Shown here one piece after another: positions 35,925-46,018 of a stretch of 64,000 nt of DNA. The notes under the pieces are model-generated. The model saw only the letters and a list, made by a program, of their open reading frames with translations. It was not told where the DNA came from and did not search any database. The translations under genes were made by a program, and so were the position numbers. The first letter of the stretch is position 1; every line of letters starts with the position of its first letter. This DNA comes from Oikopleura dioica (taxonomy: Eukaryota; Animalia; Chordata): NCBI GenBank assembly GCA_907165135.1, contig OU015567.1, positions 8,866,001-8,930,000 of the forward strand, in the 5' to 3' direction.

Positions 35925-36290
35925 GAAAAATCTGAGCTTGGCGAGGAGCCTCAAATTTGCGTCTGTCCTCATTGCAAGTATCAGGTGAGCAGAATCGATA
36001 ACCGGATGATGAGCAAGGTCGATTTTAGGGCTATTCCTTTGTCGAAAGAGACCCTGGTTGCTGCATCTTTCTGATGTGTACTGGCTGCGTCTGCATGGGC
36101 TGCGTCGCTGGTTGCTGTCTCATGCCCTGCGTTGTTACTGATTTCAAGGATGTCACTCATTACTGTGTCAACTGTGGCTTGAAGATCGGAACACATCCGA
36201 TTTTCTTCTGTTGAAATTCTGATTCAATACACTTTTCTTAAAATAATTCTTTGCAAAATTGTCTTTTATCGAATTTTCTTTAGAAAAATC

Positions 36291-37375
36291 ATGGCTGAAG
36301 TGTTGATACCGGATCAGCCTGTTGAACCGCGCGTGGTCCGCCGAAACCGGCCGGGTTCGAAACGCTCCGAGTGGTGCAAATGGCCCGATCAGCAGTTTAA
36401 TCAAATCGAATCAATCCACGCGCAGCAGATGCTCATACAGCAGCGCATTCGCAATAATAAAAACAATGTCGAGTTTATTCTTACGCCGCCAGAAGGAGCG
36501 GATGAAGATGTTTGGAAATACGAGCACTTGCGTCAGTTTTGCCAGGAACTCAACGGACTAGCCACGCGATTACAGGCTGAATGTTCGCCGGAAACTTGCA
36601 ACCAGGTAAATATCACGACGCCTACTCATTTAAAAATTTATTTCGTAGATGACTGCTACTGATCAATGGATCTTTCTGTGTGCCGCGCATAAGTCCCCTA
36701 AAGAATGCCCCGCCATTGACTACACCCGTCACACCCTTGACGGTGCCGCTCTTCTTCTCAACTCATCCAAATACTTTCCCTCGCGAGTTAGTATGAAGCA
36801 AACTTCTGTCGCGAAATTAGGCTCTATCTCTCGGCGAATTTATCGAATCTTCTCTCATGCTTTCTATCATCACAAGCCAATTTTCCTGGATTTCGAGGTA
36901 GAATATACCTTTTTTCGCTTACTTACTGTATGTTCAAGAACCAAACGCAACTTTGCCGACGATTCAGCAAGTTCGTATTGACTTACAATCTCATGCCAGC
37001 CGAAACTCTCATCGTCCCTGTTGACTCTCTCGAAGCTGGACTTCCTACTGAAGCTGCTGTTGAAAAAGCCCCGGTAATTGACCGTGCTTTATTCAGTATT
37101 TTTAGCCTTTCTCAATTTAGGAATTTGAAGGCTACGCTACTGCAACAATCGCCCGAGCAACGGAGCCTGTAAAAGGCGAAGGAGGGGCTGAACCTAATCT
37201 TGAATCACCGTCTAGCTCCGTCATCTTGGACTCCGGAAGCTCTGGAATTTCACTTATCACCCCAGCGGAAGAGGCCTCGGTTGAAAATTCCATCGGGGAG
37301 TTGTCCCTCGACGACACCGCCACCAACTCCGGTGAGCAGACCGTCATCGAAAGCGAAGACGTTTCCACTGCATAA
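36291..37375 (+). CDS. MOB4: MOB kinase activator-like 4 (phocein)
   Basis: RRNRPGSK; [26 protein letters not shown]; [34 protein letters not shown]; FPSRVS; acidic C-terminal extension. Confidence 0.96.
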
Positions 37376-40375
37376 CATTTCTATCCACCCACCAAGTCCA
37401 TTTTTCCATTTCATCTCAAACTCAAAACTACCACTTGTTTCGTAAGCAATTGTTTCTGTTTCATTCATTTCGAATTAAAAATAAAATTGTCGTTTCTATT
37501 TTAAATACTTCTTTCTTTTTGAAAGCCGCAAAAAAGGCTTCAAAGCGAAAGATCCTCTAAGACGTGTTCAAGATTTCTCGATAAAAAGGTTGACACGAAA
37601 AAATACCGGTGCGACCATGATTCTTCATTGCCACCAATCGCATAAATGAGGTGGTGACATTTTATGAATTCATGTTCACAAGCGCTGTTTACATCAAAAC
37701 ATGCGAAGGTGACATTTATCGTACCGTAATTTAGAGCTTCGTCTAATCGAATCTAACCTCAGTGACGCTTAGTTGCGAGAATTACCCTGAGACAGTCAGT
37801 GCTTGAAAATTACAGAGACTTGACACGAAATACGAAGAAGTATGCAGGGCCTGATGTTTATCATTACTACTTTAAACAACTAAAAACGGCTTGCAGACAG
37901 CCTTCACAGCATGTCTTCGCATTCCTAACACGATCAAATACGTCTGTAGTGAATTTACGTTACGAAAATACTTCGGGAGAGAAAAAGTGAATGCATTGTA
38001 TGAATCAATCTTTGAAACCGAATCCCAGCCCTGTGCAGCTTGATGAAGTGGGCAACTCAACCAACAGTTGTGCAATTCTTTTCTCGCGTTGAGCATTGGA
38101 ATTTCCGTAAAAATCCCATCTTGATGGATGTTTTTTACATTTGCTGACGATTCCTTGAACCATGGCTTTTTGAACGTCATTTATTGACCGCGTTATTAGT
38201 AGTTTGGCTTGAGAAATGGTTTTTGAGTTTACCAATCAATCATTTTTCATAACACTTCAGCTTTTAAAATCTCTTGAGTGGGGTCCAAGTGGGCTAATAT
38301 CAATTTATTTGCGGATAAGTGATAGACTTGTACTTATGTAATTTCAAGTAGCCACGCATGAATATGACAATTGCAATAACAACTGCGGAACGTTAAACGA
38401 TGTTAATTTTGTTGATGCAACTTTCGAAGAAATGCGGTATTCAACTTGAGTGCGACAATAACAAGTGAAATTGGCAATTTCAAATTGCATGGTTAGTTGG
38501 TCGTAAATCTTATTGAGGATGAATTACAGTCACACACAATTTCCTCTTCGTATCGATTTTTCATTCTTATTGGGCCACTTGAACATCTTCTTTGGTGTTG
38601 TTAAGGGTGTTAAACATGCAATTTTAATATCCAAAGGATTGCTCTACTGAAATAAGAGCCGTTTCAATTGGGATATAAAATGCATGTTATTGGTTTTTCC
38701 CAAATGTTTGCGGTTTTGCAATCTTGACGTTAGTACTGGCCTCATCTTGAAGTGCCCTGAGGCGTGAACATGACCGGGCACAAAATCAATGGGGATTCCA
38801 AATAGGCCTACTTGAAGAGGCCTTTGAGCCCAGACATATCATTTGAATATATTATTGGTATTATCAATAATATATGCGGGGGATGCATCCTAAGACTTGC
38901 CCCCAAGCGAGAGAGTAGACTGGGATTGACCACGGCTCAATTGGCACCACTGAACGAGCAGTGACAGTCCCAGATACATAAATCCAATTACTTGAATATT
39001 TTATTTTCGTCTCTTTTTGCTTCTTTATTTTCATTCAGAAAGCAAAAAGAACAGTTGGGCCCAGAGGGCTCATTAACTTCTGCTAAAAAGGAAGAAAGGC
39101 AGATAAAAGAAGAGATCCCTTACTAGCTGAAAAGAGAGCGAAGAACCAAGACATAAAAGTAAGGAGGGAAACACTTAAATTTTTACGCAGGTGTAATATT
39201 GGATAAGCTAAAAGAACAAGTTTGTCAATGTGTTGAATATTTTATTCAATCTCACGTCACAGCTTGTGAGAACGCTGATAACTGTTTCCGAAAACCACAC
39301 TTCATACGTGAGCAAAAATGTGGCACTAGAAAACTGTATATTACATGATTTGCAATTGAAATTTGTGCAAAATTGTTTTTGCAAATAGATTTTCTGAGTG
39401 ATATCGACAACTACTGTAGCTTTGTGTCGTTCGGCTTGGCCCTTAGCCGCGGCTTATCCGGCTTGATAGTTGCATGAATTGATGCATTTTGGCGCCCCGT
39501 GGACAACACTTCTCCACTCTAGCTTGGGCGCTTCGATAAATTGCCGATCGGGGACAGACTTTTATGGCCCATCAAGTCAAAAACACTCATTTTTAACACT
39601 CTCATTTCAGCAAAATTGGACAGCGTTTGAGAATAATGAAACAAAGATGAGGAAAATTCAACCCAGAGGAAATCTTATCTGCTGCATTCTATTGTTACGG
39701 GCTCAAAAAATAAATCTTTAAATTTTTCAACGAGCAACTTTATTTGAGCCTTGACTAAAGCTTTTCTGTTCAATAATTTTGATAACCTTGGTCAAAGAAA
39801 TTTCCATACCACCTGGAGCTAGAGCAGAAAAACTCGAGAGAAAAGCTTTTATTTCGAAGAAAGAAGCAGGAACTTACATAAAACAATCAAAAGAGTTCCA
39901 CGAAGAGAACGTTTTCGATCCGATTGCCATCGATGAAACAGTGGACGATTACGATACTGGCGCTAGAATTTATGCTAAAGGATTAGAAATGCGACTTTTA
40001 GAAACTCGCTGACTCGTTTAAAATTGTGTAAAAAGAAAGACGCTAGCTAATCCAAACAACAGAAACCGATGATGACGATTACGAAACTCTCCAACGCAAA
40101 GTTCGCCAGTATTACGAAGCATAAGCTGTAAATACGCCTCTATTGCGGGAAAAATTGAAACTACCGCCGCTGAGTTTTGACTACAAGCAGCTTTGTTCAC
40201 AGGCAAAATGCTTGTTACTGGATCATTATCTGTATATTTTACCTTTTTTAGGCTTCTTCGAAAATGAATAAATTTTACGGAGGCTAATTTTTTAAAAAAA
40301 GGACTTTATTCACAAAATACGGAGTAATCGATAATATCTTAAATAGTTCTTTCTTCTACGCTTCTAATGCTTCTT

Positions 40376-41913
40376 TCATCCCTCGATTGCCACCATGAGC
40401 TTATCAATCTGTCTCCTCATGCCAATTGTCATGAGCGAGGATGCATTGTATCGATCAGAGGAAACACCGTCTAAACATAAACTTAATTAAAAATTGAAAG
40501 GCCTCAATTTCAAGCCTGTCTGTTTTACCTCAAATCAGAAGAAAGGGCTTATAAACAAAATATCATTACTTATTCATCAAAAGATTGCTCCTAATTTACT
40601 TTCAAAGGAGTCAGTAGAACTTACTGTAAGTTGGTCTGGGCATGGAAGATCCTCTTCGACGAGATTTTTTGCCACTTTTGCTCGAGGTAGTAGATCCTCG
40701 TCGGTTTTCCTTATCTTCATGAAGCGAAATCGGAGTATTTCGAACCAACTCTTCGCATTTCGTACAGTCAGAGCATTGAGTACAAATGGTTTGCTGAAGT
40801 CGAAGATAGGATTTTAAAATTGGCTGTTCGTATTCCTCCAGCTTTATTTCAAAGTTTTTAATTTGGATCTTTTAAAACGGTGATTTTTTAAAGGTTCTTG
40901 GCGCTCGTTAGAACTTTTCCTTGGAGTTAGACGAGCAGATGCCGCTGCCAGTTGAGTGTCCGTCAAGAGAAGACATTGATTCAATGCCAGAGGAGCCCGA
41001 GGAGACAGATCGGACAAATTCAATTTCCTTCTTGGCCGCGCTCGAGCGACGACGCTTCTGAAAACTCAAAGTTTAATCTCAGACACCTACCACCTTGACG
41101 TGTTGTCTGGTTGCTCTTTTCTTTACCTTTTTGGTTGAACTTTTGATGGAGGAAACAGATTTAGTGGGAGCCATCAAATTTGATGAATAATGAGACTCTG
41201 TCATGCTCAAACTCTTGAGCGTCTCATTTTCGTCCGAATAAGTAGGAGCGGAATGACAGGCGTTTTTCCTGCTCTGCAGCGTTGCTGACTTCCCAAGCGA
41301 AATTCTGAACGAGAAGCTTGTAGTTGAAATTCTTGCGGGGGCTAAATGGGTTCCATACCTGCCAAAGCTCCGCGCAAGAAGGTCATATGATTGGTAATTT
41401 GGAAATTCCAGCCCCATCCGGTCGTACAGCATTAGAGAGGCTGCCTCATTTGATGTTGAGCAGAGACGAGACAAGGGGGGAGCTGTTTTTTGGTACGACT
41501 GGTAAGCTTCTTAGTTTTGGATGATTCTAGCAACAAAAAAAAAAAGCAATTTACTGTCCGGAATTTTTGATATATTTCAGAAGATGAAACTCCTATTTTA
41601 ATGTCTTCATCGTGAAATTTAGGTATTTGACTGTATTTAATTTAGAAGGACCCTTTGGAGCGTTTATTTTTGATGAGGTAAATTAAGACTAAAAGCTGGA
41701 AACGACTAGCTCCTCAATTTCCTGATTTGCTGCAAAAAGTACTGCCGGCATTTTGGCCGATATTTTTTGAGCGCTGATTATGCTAAAATATTTGGGCAAA
41801 CCCATCCGGGGTCGCCGATGGGTATTTCTTATCGAGCACGACTTCCGCTTATCACTCCACGTCGCTTCTACACACCTTTTCATACAGTCACTCGAAAGAT
41901 GAGTTTTACCCAA
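40376..41913 (-). CDS. Hypothetical Ser/Arg-rich multi-exon coding region, possibly the 3' part of the CAP-Gly gene
   Basis: Several stop-free segments bounded by AG/GT, e.g. KRRRSSAAKKEIEFVRS, IQIKNFEIKLEEYEQPIL..CTQCSDCTKC, DGVSSDRY..VAIEG*. No recognisable domain. Confidence 0.35.
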
Positions 41914-42115
41914 TTTTGGTATTATTGAGAATCTTTATCCAGTCCTAGAATTTCCAGCGTTGGCTGAAGATGTCCATTTTCCCCGACTTTTCTAAGCTTT
42001 TTCGGGTCGATTACAGACTGTCACTACTGTGAGACCTAAGAAAACAGAAATTTTCACCCCTAGAAAGCCGCTGTATTAGTGATAAAAGTCCGCTTATCAG
42101 TATATACACGTCTTA

Positions 42116-43280
42116 TCAGAAATGGACCCGTGCCGAGTTCGTTGTCTGCATGTGTTTAACATATTGATATCCAGGGGAGACTTTGTGGAGCACACGGCCG
42201 AGCTCGACCACTTCGCGGACAGCGGCGTCACTTTCTAGCTTTTCGCTTTTTGAAAATTTCGATCTGATGCATTTCACTTTTCGGAAAGGAACCATGATGC
42301 CGTAGCCAACTTCGCACTCGAAATATTTCTCAAAAAGCAGTTTGAAATTGGATTTTTTCATAAAAGAAGTTGTTAAAAAACAGATTAGAGTTTTCGTTAA
42401 AACGTGAGTCACGTTACGTGCTAGATTCTAGTAGCTTAGGTCAAACTGATTCCTTATCATCGAATACCCCGCTGTGCCGGGTGATGCAGTCGTCAAGTCG
42501 GATTCCGACGAATACTTCTTCTGTATTGACTGCGCCGATGATCGGACCAACATATTTGCAAATGCCTGGAAAGAATATTTAGACGCAGTCGAGATGAAAA
42601 AAAGAGGATTGGAAGGTGCAGAATTTCGCGTCTAAGTCATTTTTCGTGCGAAAAATTATGATAAGACTCCGGCCGTGAATTTTTAAAAATTTAAATTACA
42701 GTGGCACGGTGTCATTTTGGGAAATCTTGTGGTAAGGTGGTATCCCACCGAGTGGCGTAATTTAGACACTCAAACGGAGCAGCCGATTAGAGCTCCCATC
42801 GAGTGGCTGTTTGAGCCGACTCCTGCCGAGAGCTTATCACGTGGTTACATCAGCGGCCAGTTGAGCTGGATTTCTGGAGCTACTCTCTTTCATCCACGCA
42901 TTTAACTATAACTCTCTCTAATCGATAAGCCTCTTAATTAGCCGGTTTATTATCAAAATAAAAATTACGTTTTTGCCGCGAATTATCGCGCCAAAGTGTT
43001 CTTCAGTCTCTCTAATAATTTGTCTACAAAACATTTATTGTTGCTCTCCGGCAATTCTTGGAGAAAGAAATCTATTTTCGGTAAATACGGGTACTTATCG
43101 GAAACCAAATATTTTTCGAAAGCCTTATCAGGGGCCAAGAACCCGCCAGTGCCTGTAGCGCGTAATTTCGTTGAATCACAGCGGGAGATCATATTTTCAT
43201 AATCCTTACCTGTATATTTGCCTTTGATGATAACTCGATCGCCTGGCTTGATCGGGCCGTTTTCGTATACTTCCAAACTA
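42116..43280 (-). CDS. CAP-Gly domain-containing protein (partial model)
   Basis: Three exons join to IKPGDRVIIKGKYTG-ICKYVGPIIGAVNTEEVFVGIRLDDCITRHSGVFDDK-KYFECEVGYGIMVP, matching the CAP-Gly pattern G.VRYVG...WVGVELD...GKNDG...RYF.C...G.FV. Confidence 0.7.
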
Positions 43281-43774
43281 GAAAAAAGAACGGTAATTAT
43301 ACATTTTTAACGAGCAAGTTTAGTATAAGAATCGGATACGTGTAGCTGCTGATAAGCCCAAGCGCTGGCGATATTATGTAAAATAATAGGACCCTTGTTT
43401 TAATGAGTTCCTGAGATCCGGTCGAGCCTACTTTTTCATTCTCGGAGGTGACGTCTTACCGACGAATATTCAAGCAACTCCTCGGCGAAAGTATCAAACT
43501 GATAAAATTTTCATAAGCTCCCGCCGAGCGCGGTGATAACAAAGCCGAGCTCGTTGAATTAGAGGAACATGTCACAAGGGTTGGGTAGACAGTTTTTGGG
43601 CAGAGATAATGGTGGATTTATGACTCAAAAACGATCTTCTTACATCCTTTACGAGGGTCAAAGAGTAAACATTCATAAGGCAAATAACGACTGTTTGCCA
43701 AACTTTTCTCTATTCTCTGCTGTTTGTGCTCGTACGCCGGTCTAGATCACAGAGAAAATAAAAAAATATATAAG

Positions 43775-44431
43775 ATGGGGGATATTTACGAGAAAGCCAA
43801 AGAAAAAGTGAACGCCGAAATCGACAAAATCAAAGAAGAGAATGAAAGGAGGCTAATTTCAAAAAAGGATGAAATACAGGATAAACTCGGCGCGATTTCA
43901 TTTGTAAAGCAACAAATAGATGATGATAACAATGAGATAGAAGTAATGAGGAAAGAAATGTGCAAAATCGTCGAAGAAAAAACGATGCTCGATGAAGAAA
44001 TGAAAGCTTTGGAAAGTCGAATGAACGAAGTTAATGATAAAATGATGAAAAAACATTTCGATATAGGAAAAAAGAGCAGAAACATTTCTACTAAAGAGAA
44101 ACATCTGCAAGAGCTTGAAGACGAAAGAAAATCCTTAGAGAAAGAGCTCGATGATGTCGAACAGGAGAATATTGCAAGAATGAATGCATTTTCTTTTGAA
44201 GAAACACCATTTGCTCCACGAAATATTGCAGCAACGGATGATAATACGTGTCAAATTTGCATGGAAGAATACGACAAAGAAGATCACTTCCACAGCTGCA
44301 TTACAGTCTGTGGTCATAGATTCGGTAAAGCTTGTCTCGAAAAACTTATTCAGATCTCGCGATATAGGACTGCGCGATGTCCTAACTGTAACAAATCCTT
44401 TAATAATGGGCAGATTCTTCGCCTGTACTGA
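43775..44431 (+). CDS. Intronless coiled-coil + C-terminal RING finger protein (RFWD3-type C3HGC3 RING), paralogue 1
   Basis: Long heptad-rich E/K region, then CQIC..CGHRFGKAC..CPNCNKSF..ILRLY*. Confidence 0.85.
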   Translation: MGDIYEKAKEKVNAEIDKIKEENERRLISKKDEIQDKLGAISFVKQQIDDDNNEIEVMRKEMCKIVEEKTMLDEEMKALESRMNEVNDKMMKKHFDIGKKSRNISTKEKHLQELEDERKSLEKELDDVEQENIARMNAFSFEETPFAPRNIAATDDNTCQICMEEYDKEDHFHSCITVCGHRFGKACLEKLIQISRYRTARCPNCNKSFNNGQILRLY

Positions 44432-44588
44432 AAGTTTTAGAAACAAAAACTCTTTGAAAATTCTTGGCCGTTTATTGCAGGGCACGAGAGGTCGATAAAG
44501 GCGGGATAAAGTCGTTAAATTAGTAATAAAAATGAGTACACGATTCCCTCACAAACATTAATCTACTAGCGCACCGTTGAATTTAGCA

Positions 44589-45199
44589 ATGGCAGAGCAA
44601 AATATCTATGAAAAGGCAAAAGAAAAACTCTCAAAAGAAATTGATGAGCTTGAGGAGTCATACAAATCTGAGATATCTCAGAGCCAAGCAGGCATTGATG
44701 AAGAGAAGACAAAACTCATGAAGCTTGAAGACGAGATAAAAGAGTCCGAGAGCGAGGTTCAACAAATGACTGCGGAAGCTCAAGGCCTCGGCCGAAGAAT
44801 TCAAACGCTTCAAGTTCAAATAGCTGGTCTTCAAAGTGAGCTGACGGAGAAACACTTTGAAATTCAGTCGAAAGAACGGCTGGTCAAAGCCAAAAAGACC
44901 GAATCCCAGAGGTCAAAAGACAAGATTACATCCCTAGAAAGGGAACTGGACGAGAAAATCAAAACTAATGTTGAAAGGATGAGCTCTCTCTCCGTTAATG
45001 TTGAACATGAATCTTCAAATGAAAAAGTGTGTGATATTTGCATGGAAGAATACGACAAGAAGGACCACTTCCACTGCTGTATTTCCCTATGTGGCCATCG
45101 ATTCGGAAAGTCTTGCTTAGAAAAACCTTGCTTATTCGCAAAGGATGCCCAATTTGCAACAAAAATTTCAAACCTGTCCATATTATCCGACTCTTCTAA
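44589..45199 (+). CDS. Coiled-coil + RING paralogue 2; frameshift at A5 run 45121-45125 as written
   Basis: Shares IYEKAKEK and CMEEYDK.DHFH.CI..CGHRFGK.CLEK with paralogue 1. Adding one A yields TLLIRKGCPICNKNFKPVHIIRLF*. Confidence 0.8.
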
Positions 45200-45315
45200 A
45201 ATAAAAAAAGTATTCGAGTATTTTCGCCAGCATTTAAATTACGGAAATGCATTCGGCCAGCAACTCTTAATTTCAAAAATGCACTTAGCGGGCTCGCATC
45301 AGACATGCTCTCGGA

Positions 45316-46018
45316 ATGTTTTTAAATAATTTCGAAAAGTTACGCTCAAGATGTCGAATTCCTCCAAAGCCACGCTTTCCTCCACCTCAGTTTTTCGTGA
45401 ACGCAAAGGGCAAAAACAAGCGGTGGAAATTACCGCCAAATAAAGTTACGCAAGGGCGAGCTTTGCGAAACAAAAGGACTACAGCAGATTTCCGGGCAAA
45501 ACCGGATTTTCAGATTTTCGACGAAGGTCGAATAGTCTCTAGAATGCAGGTTGATGTTTTGGGAAAAATGAAAAAACTCGTCAGTTCTAAAAAATCAAGT
45601 TTCAACAAACATGTTCGTTTTCAGAAGCGCGCTACGAAGAGGCGCTGCTTCAGTTCGTTTCTATCGCACAAAGCCTAAAATGCTCAGGTAAAGAGCTTTT
45701 CGAAAGAGCTTCTTTTAACCGACATTCAGCGAGTTGGCCAAATCCCACGGAACCGATAAATTCGCCGTCTACGTCTCCACCTTCATGCTCTCCTACATCG
45801 GAATCATGCTCACGGAAGACATGTCCGCCGACGACATCGCCGAGAGTCTCCACAGCTTCAAGCTCGCACTGCGAAACACGAACTTCGCCGATGAAGTTGG
45901 GGAAATAACCAAGCACTCGACAAGCTACTTGGCAGATGAACATCCGCGAAAGACCTTTTTGGCCGCCACTCTGGGCATTTATTTTTTGATGACGAAAATA
46001 AATTCCATTTCCTTGTAA
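45316..46018 (+). CDS. Hypothetical protein (3 exons)
   Basis: Frames join via GTTGAT..TTTTCAG and GTAAAG..ATTCAG introns: basic N-terminus followed by a helical C-terminal part. Confidence 0.4.

Larger units (their letters stand above)
27593..36214 (+). pseudogene. LITAF-domain paralogue 6, interrupted by the LTR retrotransposon (pieces 27593-27737 and 35929-36214)
   Basis: Deleting the element plus one GAAA joins ...GTNE to KSELGEEPQICVCPHCKYQ in frame. The next exon reads GYSFVERDPGCC..AGCCLMPCVVTDFKDVTHYCVNC..*. Confidence 0.85.

Noticed and set aside
37600-40300. Short ORFs 38005-38235 and 39779-40012, and possible decayed element
   Set aside because: No domain signature, terminal repeats or TSD detected.
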